This document shows, piece by piece, positions 43,145-53,673 of a DNA stretch of 64,000 bases. The notes beneath the pieces were generated by a model. That model was not told the DNA's origin. It did no database searches and worked only from the letters and a program-made list of their open reading frames with translations. Source of the stretch: Candidatus Heimdallarchaeota archaeon. GTDB taxonomy: Archaea; Asgardarchaeota; Heimdallarchaeia; Heimdallarchaeales; Heimdallarchaeaceae. The position numbers were made by a program, and so were the translations under genes. Within the stretch, counting starts at the first letter, position 1. Each line of letters starts with the position of its first letter. The DNA is taken from the NCBI GenBank assembly GCA_019057815.1, contig JAHLWR010000005.1, positions 64,001 to 128,000 of the forward strand, in the 5' to 3' direction.

Positions 43145-44563
43145 ATGAACAATCAAGATATTATTGAGAACAACAATAATTTGAACTTCCAAACGTTAAA
43201 TGAATACAAAATTAGAGGACACTTTGTCTCCATATATCGAACAAATGAAGGTCTATCTTATTCAGCGAAGCCTATCTATAATTTTGAAGAAAAACCGCTA
43301 TTGTTCGCAGAATTATCAGCAATTATTTTTAAGAACAAAGCAAGATTAGGGAACGAAATATTAAAATTTGAAGAACTTGTAGATACGCTGAAGTCCATAT
43401 GTATGTGGAAAATATTGGATATAAATGAAATCTCAATTAATCCTGAAATAGTCGCTGAAATTTTTATTTATAAGTTAATAAAACTGAATAAGTTAATTCC
43501 TTTATTTTTGGATGATAATGTTAATGAAATTTATATGGATGAACGTGGTTCACCAATTTATATTGATCATCAACTTTTCGGAAGATGCAACACAAACATT
43601 ATTTTGACTGAAGAAGAATTAAATGCCTTGGTAACAAGAATTAAACTAGAGCATCCTATTTCAATAACAACAAAGAATCCTTCTTTAAAAGTTGAATTTC
43701 AAACAAGTTTATTTCACACGAGAATTTCTATGGATTTTCCACCCTTATCTCCTAATGGCCCATCATTTAACATCAGAAAACTAAAAGCAAGACCCTTAGA
43801 GTTAAGTGATTTAATTCTTCTGGACACCTTGCCGTCGTACCTTGCATCATATCTGGTTGAAGTGGTAAAAGCAAGAATGAATATTACAGTTATAGGGGAG
43901 CCAAACTCGGGAAAAACCACATTAGCGAACGCTATTGATCTTTATACACCAAAATATTGGAGAAAAATAGCTATAGAAGATGCAATTGAATCAATAAAAC
44001 AATCTTCGTTGGGATATAAGCAGCTTTCCATACAAGTTGACTCTTTTGAATCAAATAAATCAGATTATACAAAAACATCTGAAATCCTTAAACTTCTCCA
44101 TAGATCACCAGATTGGATATATTTAGGTGAAATACAATCACGTGAGCACACTCAAGCAATGTTCGAGGCGTTAAATGCAGGATTAAAGGGAATACAGACC
44201 GCCCACTCTGATTCTATTCAAAAACTCTTCCGCAGATGGAAAAATTCACACAATATCTCTGAAACAGATTTTCTCTCATTAGAGGTCATAATTGTTATGA
44301 AGCGCGATATAAAACTTGATGGTATAATTAGAAAGGTTTCTGAGGTTTATGAAATTGGGGAAAATGAAGAACATCTTTTTACAAAAATTTATGATTTACA
44401 GTGGGGTAAAAAACAATTTTTTGAAAAAATCAGTAATCAATCTAAGTTAAAACAAAAGATGGATATAATAATTCAGGGAACAGCCGTTTTTGTTTCTCAA
44501 ACTCATGTGCGTGCTGCTAAAAATGATGTAAACATAGGTGAAGAAGCTGAAATCGTTAACTAA
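43145..44563 (+). CDS. Type IV pilus/archaellum-type secretion ATPase (TadA/CpaF/FlaI family)
   Basis: DDNVNEIY, FNIRK, GEPNSGKTT, IED..E, RSPD.IYLGEI, TAHS. Confidence 0.88.
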   Translation: MNNQDIIENNNNLNFQTLNEYKIRGHFVSIYRTNEGLSYSAKPIYNFEEKPLLFAELSAIIFKNKARLGNEILKFEELVDTLKSICMWKILDINEISINPEIVAEIFIYKLIKLNKLIPLFLDDNVNEIYMDERGSPIYIDHQLFGRCNTNIILTEEELNALVTRIKLEHPISITTKNPSLKVEFQTSLFHTRISMDFPPLSPNGPSFNIRKLKARPLELSDLILLDTLPSYLASYLVEVVKARMNITVIGEPNSGKTTLANAIDLYTPKYWRKIAIEDAIESIKQSSLGYKQLSIQVDSFESNKSDYTKTSEILKLLHRSPDWIYLGEIQSREHTQAMFEALNAGLKGIQTAHSDSIQKLFRRWKNSHNISETDFLSLEVIIVMKRDIKLDGIIRKVSEVYEIGENEEHLFTKIYDLQWGKKQFFEKISNQSKLKQKMDIIIQGTAVFVSQTHVRAAKNDVNIGEEAEIVN

Positions 44564-45359
44564 AACACTTCAAAAAGCAAAACTTTCTAACACTAGTTTC
44601 ATTCCAAAAGAATTATTGCATAGACTAATACTAGGAAAAATAAGAGAACATTCTTCATATTTTATCACTCAACATGATTTAAGAAGCATCAATCTTATTG
44701 GGAATGTAGCTTTAATTTGGAGCATTCCACTCTTTATTCTCTTTTATTACTTGACTAATCGAAACATCATAATAGCTGTAGTATTAAGCGTGGCAATGAT
44801 TATTGCCTTTTTGTTTGTGTCTGGGGATCATGTTCGCTCCAAAATTCTAATAAGGCGTCAAGAATTTGATGAGATTGCATTTCTTATAATAAACTCATTA
44901 TCTATTAACATGCTCTCCACACAGTCATTTCCAATGTCTGTCGAACTTCTAACTAACGATAATATTAACAATGAACATTATCAAAAATATTTCCAAGAAA
45001 TACTTTACAAATCAAATTTAGGCGAAAATGAAGACACAATTATACAAGATGGGGGGAAGATGTTTCTTAGTGATAGATATAGACATATTTTTCAAAACAT
45101 CAAACGTGAAAGGACATTTATTGACAGTGACCCTGAATTCCTTTTGAGAGTTAAAAGACAAGCAGCTTTAATAGAAGACAATATAGTTATTTTTATTGCA
45201 GTTACATGTCTTTTACCTTTGGTTCTTAGTTTGGTTCTAGCTTTAATTATGCCACAAGATTCGCTTAGTATACTTTTATTACCCTTGATTTATGCCTTAT
45301 TTGGGTCGTATATCTTGCGTTATATTCAAAATAAAAATTTTGGTGTACAAAATGGTTAA
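44538..45359 (+). CDS. TadB/TadC (T2SSF)-like membrane platform protein
   Basis: About 4 TM helices with a helical cytoplasmic segment; overlaps the ATPase gene. Confidence 0.6.
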   Translation: MKKLKSLTKTLQKAKLSNTSFIPKELLHRLILGKIREHSSYFITQHDLRSINLIGNVALIWSIPLFILFYYLTNRNIIIAVVLSVAMIIAFLFVSGDHVRSKILIRRQEFDEIAFLIINSLSINMLSTQSFPMSVELLTNDNINNEHYQKYFQEILYKSNLGENEDTIIQDGGKMFLSDRYRHIFQNIKRERTFIDSDPEFLLRVKRQAALIEDNIVIFIAVTCLLPLVLSLVLALIMPQDSLSILLLPLIYALFGSYILRYIQNKNFGVQNG

Positions 45360-45969
45360 GCTTAAGTGTACAGACCATATTTTTCTAGTAAAATTAGCAA
45401 ATCAGATAGAAACAGGGGAAAATATTGAACGCTCTTTATTTCTTATTGATGAAATCCCTCCAGAATTGCACATGAAACTATATCTTGGAGAAGATATAAC
45501 AGAAATACTAACATCTATAGAATTTAATTATCCAAATATTTTAAACCTTCTTTCTTCAACAAAAAATGCGGAAGTGGAAGAGAACGTCAAAAGAATGAGA
45601 ACTACTGCAGAATTAATAAGAAAACGCGAAGAAATTTTACAGGAAAAGGAAAATGCAATTAACATTCAAAAAAGAAGATTAAAAATTATAAGATATGTAA
45701 CATTAATAACCATTGCAATAATAGCAGGATTTTCACCCCTTTTCACTAATATCTATTCACTCATTGAAAATGGAGTGTTTCAAAGCACGTTTACATTTTT
45801 TTCTGTCCTTTCTATCTCATTTTTGCTTGTTAATATATTGAATAATTATTTCTTGTTAAAGATGGTTAATGAGAGAAATATGAAATTCAAACTAGGAATT
45901 GTTGTAATCCTGCATATTGGAATTGTAATAATTGTAAATCTATTTCTTTCTAACTATGTTCTCAGATGA
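45352..45969 (+). CDS. Second TadB/TadC-like membrane protein
   Basis: LANQIETGENIERSL...LYLGE, three C-terminal TMs; operonic. Confidence 0.55.
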   Translation: MVKLKCTDHIFLVKLANQIETGENIERSLFLIDEIPPELHMKLYLGEDITEILTSIEFNYPNILNLLSSTKNAEVEENVKRMRTTAELIRKREEILQEKENAINIQKRRLKIIRYVTLITIAIIAGFSPLFTNIYSLIENGVFQSTFTFFSVLSISFLLVNILNNYFLLKMVNERNMKFKLGIVVILHIGIVIIVNLFLSNYVLR

Positions 45970-46007
45970 CATAATGTGGTTTTCAGTGTCGAAAATACAT
46001 TGAAAAA

Positions 46008-47039
46008 TTAACTGAAATTTGAAGAAATCTGGTTACTAATCTCAGTTACTATATCATTATAGTCATACCTGAAGATGAATTCAGCGTGATCTCTAATTGT
46101 AAACTCTGCTACATTCGTCGCGTGGGCAACAAGTTTTTGAGTTAGGGCTGAAGAACGACCAATTTTTTTAGCTAAAAGCTTATCCGCAACATAAACCGAA
46201 GCTGCAGAAAGCGGATATGGTCTTCTACCCCCACGATCAGAGTTAGGAATTCTCTCAAAAATACGTAAACAAAGAAGTTGAAGTAATTTTTCATATACAA
46301 AAACATCAATAACGTATTTTTTTTCAATTCTTTCTTTTGTGGTAGAATCATTACTAACTAGGGAACAAACACGGAAAACATATTCTTCGCTTCTTCGAAT
46401 ACCAGCTAGAGGGGATTTTATGTCAAGTTTTTGCATTAAATTCAATAAATTCTTTCCTAAAACCCGATGGCCCAGTTCGCTGTAAGTTCCTACAATCTCC
46501 TTAAGCGTCAAAGGACAATTATGCTTATTCTCTCGAACAGCAAGCAACAAACACAATGCAGATAACAAAACATGATTTGTGATTTTATCCTTGTGCTCTT
46601 TTTTATGTTTCCGATACAAGTAGAGAGTTCTGTCGCGTATATTACTAGGTATATGTAAACGAGAAAAAACCTCGTTCATAATTTTAAGTGTTCTATAATC
46701 TGTTTCTCTTCCCTTTATTGCACCAGGAATGTGATAGAAATTCTTGAATTTTCTGAACTTGCCTTGGCTATGTTCACCTATTAGCGAACCTTGAGCATCC
46801 CTAAATAAGTACTCCTCCACCGCACCAATGGAAGAACCTAATGAGCTTACAACTGCCAATTGATTATTAATCGAAGTGTACTGTTGTTTTTTACGTTGGT
46901 CCTTGGAAACAATTGCGCCTAATTGAAAAGAAGAAGATTTTATAACAGGCTCATGAACAAGACCGCAACTTGGACATGTATATAATCCATTTTGTTCAAT
47001 GATTCTAGAATTACATTCATCGCATTGATAGTCTACCAT
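46008..47039 (-). CDS. tfb: Transcription factor TFB (TFIIB)-like paralog
   Basis: Zn ribbon CDEC..CPSCGLV, two cyclin repeats (PLTLKEI; GRRP..LSAASVY; LTQK.VA..NVAEFTIR). Confidence 0.8.
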   Translation of the reverse strand: MVDYQCDECNSRIIEQNGLYTCPSCGLVHEPVIKSSSFQLGAIVSKDQRKKQQYTSINNQLAVVSSLGSSIGAVEEYLFRDAQGSLIGEHSQGKFRKFKNFYHIPGAIKGRETDYRTLKIMNEVFSRLHIPSNIRDRTLYLYRKHKKEHKDKITNHVLLSALCLLLAVRENKHNCPLTLKEIVGTYSELGHRVLGKNLLNLMQKLDIKSPLAGIRRSEEYVFRVCSLVSNDSTTKERIEKKYVIDVFVYEKLLQLLCLRIFERIPNSDRGGRRPYPLSAASVYVADKLLAKKIGRSSALTQKLVAHATNVAEFTIRDHAEFIFRYDYNDIVTEISNQISSNFS

Positions 47040-47320
47040 TTTCCTCAAAAAAACAGCTCTTACAAAACTCTTGAACATTTTTTAGACGAGAATAGAGATT
47101 CAAGTATGTTTAGAGACATTGAAAATTATTCAAAGTGCGTTCTCTGTGACAAAAAAAACAACAAGAGGGGGGTGAGTGAAAGTATTTTATCCAACATAAA
47201 AAGTAAAAAAGATATAATGCAATTGCTGAAACCAAACAAAAAATATTGAAAAATCACGAATAATTTTCTAACAGCTCTCTCAACGTTTATGTTACCTCAC
47301 TTTAAATTCAGCTTTAGTAA

Positions 47321-48883
47321 TCAAATATACGAAGTTAACAACTCTTCTAAGCTTGTGAAATTGTTAACTTTACATTCTTCAATTGTCTTGCAGAATTTGG
47401 GCGCAGCGGTGAAATCCCCACTTCTATGAGCAGCAAAATACATCATACCTTTAATAAACAACCTTTGCTCTAAAACTTCGATCGTATCCAAGTTATCACT
47501 GTAAGGTTTCAAGAGTTTGTTCATCTCATCGAAGCGTCCCATCTCATAATACTGTTGAGCAAGTAAAAGATTAACAAATGATTGTTCTACGAAAGTATCG
47601 TCATTAGGGGCTCTTCTTTTCCACAGGGTAACGATGCAGTTTCTTAAAAGTTCAAATGTTTTTAAATCTACATCTGTTCGTGTTTTTTCCACCATAAATG
47701 AAGTAACGTGCTTTACTCTTTTTAGACTTACATTATCCTTCTTTTGTAACTCTAATAGTTGTTTATAGGACAATTGAGCATTCAAGAGAAATTCGCTCAA
47801 CATGATAGCATCGCTGTAATTTATCTGCGTACCAGAATAAATGTTTTCAATTAAATCGCTAGATTCTTCAAAGTTGAAATCCTTTTTCCTTGTCTGAACA
47901 TAGAATTTTGTCAGATTAAAAGTATGAACAATTTGACGTTTACTAACTCGGTCTAAGTTTTCTTGAATGAACTCATCCTGTAGCAATTTTTCTGTTTCCT
48001 CAACTGATTGGGTAGCTTGATCTAGTTTTCCTTGAAGAGCATAAATTGCTGAAAGATAGGAAAGAGTTGTAAGGTAATAACCAAAATATATGCTACTCTT
48101 ATATGATTCTTTCAGTATTTTTCGCGATTTCTCAAAGTGTGTTTCAGCATTTGTTAAACTGTATTGTAACACATGTCCTAATCCTGCTAAGTAGTAAGTA
48201 AATGCTTGAACATCTTTAGATAGTTGCTCAAAAACGCTTTTATTCCCTAATAACCCTTTAGACGTTTCTAGCACTTTTTCACTGTTTTGTGTTCGTTGAT
48301 AAATTATTAATAATATTCCCAAGGCTTGAACCAAACTTCTATAAAATCCATTTTGGAAGAAGTAGTCTGCACACTCTTCTAGAATATCGGCACTTTTTGT
48401 GTCACGTTCTTCTAACCATTTCTCGACTGCATATGAATAAAGTATAAAATAATGTATATATCTATCACAATCTGTTAATTGGTTTAAAATTTCAAGGGAC
48501 TTATCCATAGCTTTTGCGCTTTTTTTCTCGTTTCCCTTAACTTTTTCAATATACCAAACATACGAATGAGCCCAAGCTATACCCTCTTGATAGTTAATTT
48601 CATTTGAAATAATTAACATTTCCTTAATTAATTGAGGAGCAAGTGGAAGCTTTTCTTTAAAATTGTATATAATAGGTATTTTGTAACCATAGAGATTTAC
48701 TAATGCTTTTTTGTCATCTAACAATCTACAGTTCTCTATGGTTTTATCAATTAGTTTTGAAACACCAAGAGATTTTTCATTAGATGCAAGTAATTGTAAA
48801 TCTCTAACAGCTGACCAAAGATCCTCACTGTTTTCTATCTCCTCTATCTGTTTTTCCATGTCTTCAAGTGACAAATAAACCAC
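47321..48883 (-). CDS. All-alpha helical-repeat (TPR-like) hypothetical protein
   Basis: Repeated amphipathic helices, e.g. YYLAGLGH...AETHFEKS, YLSAIYALQGKLDQA, LAQQYYEMGRFDE. Confidence 0.65.
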   Translation of the reverse strand: MVYLSLEDMEKQIEEIENSEDLWSAVRDLQLLASNEKSLGVSKLIDKTIENCRLLDDKKALVNLYGYKIPIIYNFKEKLPLAPQLIKEMLIISNEINYQEGIAWAHSYVWYIEKVKGNEKKSAKAMDKSLEILNQLTDCDRYIHYFILYSYAVEKWLEERDTKSADILEECADYFFQNGFYRSLVQALGILLIIYQRTQNSEKVLETSKGLLGNKSVFEQLSKDVQAFTYYLAGLGHVLQYSLTNAETHFEKSRKILKESYKSSIYFGYYLTTLSYLSAIYALQGKLDQATQSVEETEKLLQDEFIQENLDRVSKRQIVHTFNLTKFYVQTRKKDFNFEESSDLIENIYSGTQINYSDAIMLSEFLLNAQLSYKQLLELQKKDNVSLKRVKHVTSFMVEKTRTDVDLKTFELLRNCIVTLWKRRAPNDDTFVEQSFVNLLLAQQYYEMGRFDEMNKLLKPYSDNLDTIEVLEQRLFIKGMMYFAAHRSGDFTAAPKFCKTIEECKVNNFTSLEELLTSYI

Positions 48884-48929
48884 CTAACTCAATTATACTC
48901 AGTGAAATAGTCTTTATAAACCGTTGTTC

Positions 48930-48951
48930 TTAGATTGCAGTTAGATTGCAG
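48930..48951. repeat. Tandem 11-bp repeat TTAGATTGCAG x2, upstream of the TPR-like gene promoter
   Basis: Exact duplication at 48930-48940 and 48941-48951. Confidence 0.7.
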
Positions 48952-49024
48952 TTTTGATATTAGCACACCTCTAATTTTACATTAATTTTACAAAAAAAAG
49001 AAAAGAAAAATGCTTCCTCAAGGG

Positions 49025-49087
49025 CTAAGGTTGCCAAATTGGAGGCATAATATCTTGATCTCCTGGTTCGCTAGGGTCGTACATCAT
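49025..49087 (-). CDS. Candidate 20-aa peptide MMYDPSEPGDQDIMPPIWQP
   Basis: ATG..TAG ORF with AAGTGAT RBS-like motif, GC-richer than flanks, followed by a T-rich terminator-like tract. Confidence 0.35.
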   Translation of the reverse strand: MMYDPSEPGDQDIMPPIWQP

Positions 49088-49303
49088 ACATCACTTTTAA
49101 TTGTGTTAATCTGATTATGAGCAAAAAAGATTAAAGAACAACAGAAAAAAAGTGACATAAACCCAAAAACGACACTAGAGATATAAACTCTATCTTAATC
49201 ACAACTCTAGAACTATTAAACCGTTTCATATAATCTAAATTTCATGAGGTGTTTCTTTGTACATTATTATGCTGGTTTTTATAGTGAAAAAAAGAATAAG
49301 TGG

Positions 49304-50597
49304 ATGATGAGTAAGAGAGGGAAGATGCAAGCTTTACAGGCTAATGTAATCGAAAAAACTATATCTCTCGTGATTGTACCAGGAATAGAAAAAAAACTGT
49401 TTTTGCGGAAAGTACAAGCGAAGATAGTAGAATTTGCTAACATTCTTCTGACCTATAAGCAAAAAACACAGACTTATAATCTTTTTCACCATCTAGTCTA
49501 TAATAAACACAAGTATCTTGGTATACACAGCCAACTCCAAGAAGCGGTGCAAAGGAAAGTCTTTGCTGCTAGAAAAGCGTGAAAGTTTAAATCTTTACCC
49601 TTGGAATTCAACTTTCCCAGAAGTGGAAAATTAACTTTTTCTACTCGCGGAAAACCCATTTTGTGTCTATCACCATTTAAGAAACGTGTAGCTTTCCCCC
49701 TTAAAATCAACGGAGGATGGTATAGATTGACTGACCATCTTAAAGGTGGATGGGAAGCACATAGTTGCAAAGTCTGGAAGGTTAAAAAACAGTGGTGCGC
49801 TCATCTAATCATTCGCAAGAATCTCCCACCTACTCAAGAGGTGGAAGGAATCATCGGAGTAGATATAGGAGTGAAAATTCTGGCTTCAGTAACACTTAAT
49901 CACTCTTCTTTCCCTCTGATGGAACAATATCTTAGGAAGGATCTGGCTTGGAAACAACACCAGTTCCTTAAAAGGAGAGCAAAACTTCAAAAATTTGCTT
50001 CTCACGGCAGTCTTCAAGCACGGCGTGCGTTGAAAAGGTTAAGAACACAAGAACGAAAGTATGTTTACACCCGTTGTGGGCAAATAGCCCGAGAAATAGT
50101 TAATTCAGCTGTAACTACCCGTTCAGCTATAGTCCTTGAACGTGTCACTCATATCCGGAAAAGGTGGACGCGTCAAGCAAGTAAAGGAAAACAAGGAGCG
50201 CAAAAGAGTAGGAAGAAGATTAACCGCTGGTTTTTTGCCACTTTTCAATATCTCCTTCTACGTGCAGCACAGTTAGAAGGTATTACTGTTATACACGTTA
50301 ACCCCCGTTATACCAGTCAAACTTGCTCTCGTTGTGCGAGAAGAATAAACACTTCTCGCCCCCACAAGGAACCTTTTTGTCTGTGGTAACTGCGGTTTAG
50401 TACTACACGCTGACCGTAACGCTTCGCGTAATTTAGCTGTTAAAGGTTTATTTTTCTTTCCTCTCCCCCTCTTTAGTTCTTGGTTTTCCTTTCTCTCTTC
50501 CCCGAACGAGCGGAGAACGCTTTCTCCAGTTTCTTCGGTTGAGGTGTTATCGACCATCTCATCTGGCTCAATGAGCGGCTCACCCCCCGAAGGTTGA
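49304..50597 (+). pseudogene. tnpB: tnpB (IS200/IS605/IS607-type RNA-guided nuclease) pseudogene
   Basis: GVDIG, IVLE, VNPRYTSQTCSRC, then frameshifted FVCGNCG..LHADRNASRN; in-frame TGA at 49580-49582 and an extra C in the C5 run at 50359-50363. Confidence 0.88.
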
Positions 50598-50744
50598 CTC
50601 GAGAGCAAGATTTTTGTATAACTATACAATAATCAAGTTGATGAAGTAAAATAAGCATAGATGTAGTTTTGAAAGTAACAAAAAAGAAGATAATAATATG
50701 AAAAACGTTTAGTTTTTAATATTTAGTGTATATAAAAAATTGAA

Positions 50745-53669
50745 ATGAGAAAACAAAGAGCACTGGTGATTTTATTAATTTCTTATTTATCGTTAGCATT
50801 ACTTTATCCCAACTTCATTGGGGTTGAAACAAGTGAGAGCAAGAATTCAAACCTCAAATTATCAGAAAATTCAGAAAAAATGCAGATTATAAATGATAAT
50901 CAACAACACCCCTATGGAATAGGTGAGATCAAGCACGCGATTCTTCAACCTATTAAAGAAGAAAGTAAAGAGGATTGGGGTAAAAAAAGTACGTTAACAG
51001 GGGAAGGGGAAAATAACACAATCGAAGAGATACTTCAAGAATTCAAACCAAATGTAGATGTTATTGGTAAATATCTTGATACAACAATTGAAGGGGAAAT
51101 TCAAGAGAACAACACAATAATGGTTTTTCCTGAGAAGGGAGATTACATAATTGAAGGAAGTTTAGATGGTTTAAGCGTACAGTACTTGCAAAATTCTGGT
51201 GCGGAAACAAATCAATTGTTCTATTCCAATAATGTTCTTCAGGGAGGAGACATAGAAATCACAAGAGAAAAGGATAGTAGAAGTTTTGAAGGAGACTATA
51301 TTTGGAAATTTTATGCACAGAGCACTGAGCAAACGGTTTTTTCACTCTTCCAAGATGAAATAAATTTGTACAATGGAAATACCAAAATTAGTTACAATTA
51401 TTTGTTAGAATCAAATTCTAGTCTAAAAGAGGTAATTAATTCTTCACTAATATTTGATTTAGTTTTTGACACTTGCCGTATTATGATCATTCATTGGCAT
51501 TACACAGATGTAGATCCACCATTGATAGGAGGAAATACAACAGAACCATTTGTTGTTTATAGACTCCTTCAAAACTCAAGCTGGAATAATCAATGGAATA
51601 GCTATTCATTAAATTTTTCAGACTTATTTGAACCTGATGACCCATATATTCCCAGAAAATTAAAATCTATAGGGTTTTTTGTCGTTTCACCTGAATATTC
51701 AGAGTGCTCTATATTATTAGATAATTTTGAAATAAAAACAAGCTTAACACCAACTGATATAGACCTGAAGATAAACGATGAACCAGTTAGAACAATAGGA
51801 GAAGCACGGGGTAATTTCACATTACAGCTACAAATTAGTGAAAGTGAAATTGGACAAGAATATAGTCTGAATTGGTATTCAAACTCAAGTTTTGAATTAA
51901 ACGGTCATTTTCAAGTAAGTGTAAGTGGTACTGTTGTTATCCCATATACAACAAGCATAGAATTTAATGGTGATATACTAAACTACACAATTTTCATTAA
52001 CAACCTTAGTTCAAGCATAAACCCGATTAATATTTCATACCCAAACATATGGGATATATCAAATTTAAGTGAGTATTGTGACAATGTTTCTTCTGAAGAA
52101 TATGGTACTCAAAAAATTGTTACTCTAATAAGAGTGTTGCTTAATCAGAACTTTTACTGTAGTTTTAATATTGAAAATCTTATTGCAGATATAACATATG
52201 AACCATCTTTAACAGTATTCGAAACTATAAACATGTCATTTAATTTTGTGTGTCCACCAGAAATCAATGTTGTTTATGTATTTTGGTCAAATGTTGAAAG
52301 TGGTAGTATATCTACAAGTCTTATCAACAATAAAATTAGTTTTACTTACCCGCCAGATGTTCCTTGTGGTCCTACCAATACAAAAATTGTAATCATCGAA
52401 GAAAATACTATTGGATTTGTGGAAACGCTTGTTAATCTAACAAGAATACCAGCAAAGCTGATAGTTATGGAAGATATCGATATTCCGCAGTATGGTCTAA
52501 AAATGGTAGAAGTCACATATGAAAGTTTAGTTGAAAATATTGAAGTTAATAGTTTCAATCTGTATGCGTCATTAGAAGATGAAGAAATTTTCCCAATTTT
52601 AGGTGACAATAATTGCCAAATACCAGTTTCAACCTACCTTTTGAAGATAGGAGCATATAATCTCACTGTTTATGCAAGCTCAACCACGCACGCGTCTTTA
52701 GAATGCATTATAAAAATTAATGTTTATGAAAATGACATTAAAGTAGACTTCAATTATAAACAACTAGACGGCTTATCTAAATACCAGCTTGTTTTTAATA
52801 CTACAACCGATGGTTTTCCAATCAGTTTTGCACCATTAATAATTAACATTGGTGGTTATCAAATACTCACAGGAGTAACTGACATAGAAGGAAAATATTG
52901 TCATCATGTGACTTTGCCTTTAGATATAACAAGAATAAATGTTTCTATATCTTTAACAAAACTAAATAGTAAAATTCACACTGAACTGTATATACTTGAA
53001 TTTGAGGTTCTAGAAGCAAAGTTGCAAATAAATGAAAATGAGATTTTCATATCCGACAACATAACACTGAATTTTCAAATTCAATACCCAGTAGAACACG
53101 ATAAATGGTTTCTAACATTGCAGGATGAAATGGTACCCATCATAGAAGCTTATATCGAAACAGAAACCTACAGAATACCAGTTTTTTGTGAAGAAAATAC
53201 TGTTTTATGGCAAACCTTTGCTAATGAAAATACTGACAACCATAAATTAGTAATTACAACATCGGGACCTAGTTTTTCTGCGACATATGAACAAAAAGAA
53301 GATCAAGTCATAATGCACTTTATTATAGAATCCACTTTAAAAACATTTCAAAAAATTTCAGTGTTATATCCTTTAAATGGAAGTATTTCAACGGCTAAAT
53401 ATCAGTGGAAACTCTTAACAAGTGATGAATATGATGTTACTAGGGATTATGAATTGGAAGTAAATGATCTATACATCTACTTCACTAATGTTAACATATC
53501 AGAAGGAAGTTATTTAATTCTTAATCTTGTAGGAGAACAAATTTCCGATGTCAGAAGTATAACCAATATAATCATCCCAGCAGTTTCAGGCTCAAGTGTG
53601 TTACTGGGTGCAGTAGCAGCTATAATTAAAGTGTATAACAAGAAAAAAAGTATGATCCTAGAAATTTGA
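50745..53669 (+). CDS. Large secreted, membrane-anchored surface glycoprotein-like protein
   Basis: N-terminal signal/TM, beta-rich ectodomain with about 20 N-x-S/T sequons, C-terminal TM plus KKK tail. Confidence 0.7.
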   Translation: MRKQRALVILLISYLSLALLYPNFIGVETSESKNSNLKLSENSEKMQIINDNQQHPYGIGEIKHAILQPIKEESKEDWGKKSTLTGEGENNTIEEILQEFKPNVDVIGKYLDTTIEGEIQENNTIMVFPEKGDYIIEGSLDGLSVQYLQNSGAETNQLFYSNNVLQGGDIEITREKDSRSFEGDYIWKFYAQSTEQTVFSLFQDEINLYNGNTKISYNYLLESNSSLKEVINSSLIFDLVFDTCRIMIIHWHYTDVDPPLIGGNTTEPFVVYRLLQNSSWNNQWNSYSLNFSDLFEPDDPYIPRKLKSIGFFVVSPEYSECSILLDNFEIKTSLTPTDIDLKINDEPVRTIGEARGNFTLQLQISESEIGQEYSLNWYSNSSFELNGHFQVSVSGTVVIPYTTSIEFNGDILNYTIFINNLSSSINPINISYPNIWDISNLSEYCDNVSSEEYGTQKIVTLIRVLLNQNFYCSFNIENLIADITYEPSLTVFETINMSFNFVCPPEINVVYVFWSNVESGSISTSLINNKISFTYPPDVPCGPTNTKIVIIEENTIGFVETLVNLTRIPAKLIVMEDIDIPQYGLKMVEVTYESLVENIEVNSFNLYASLEDEEIFPILGDNNCQIPVSTYLLKIGAYNLTVYASSTTHASLECIIKINVYENDIKVDFNYKQLDGLSKYQLVFNTTTDGFPISFAPLIINIGGYQILTGVTDIEGKYCHHVTLPLDITRINVSISLTKLNSKIHTELYILEFEVLEAKLQINENEIFISDNITLNFQIQYPVEHDKWFLTLQDEMVPIIEAYIETETYRIPVFCEENTVLWQTFANENTDNHKLVITTSGPSFSATYEQKEDQVIMHFIIESTLKTFQKISVLYPLNGSISTAKYQWKLLTSDEYDVTRDYELEVNDLYIYFTNVNISEGSYLILNLVGEQISDVRSITNIIIPAVSGSSVLLGAVAAIIKVYNKKKSMILEI

Positions 53670-53673
53670 AGAT

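Noticed and set aside
49580-49582. In-frame TGA in tnpB as possible selenocysteine or readthrough
   Set aside because: No SECIS recognised, the site is not catalytic, and a second lesion (frameshift) indicates decay.
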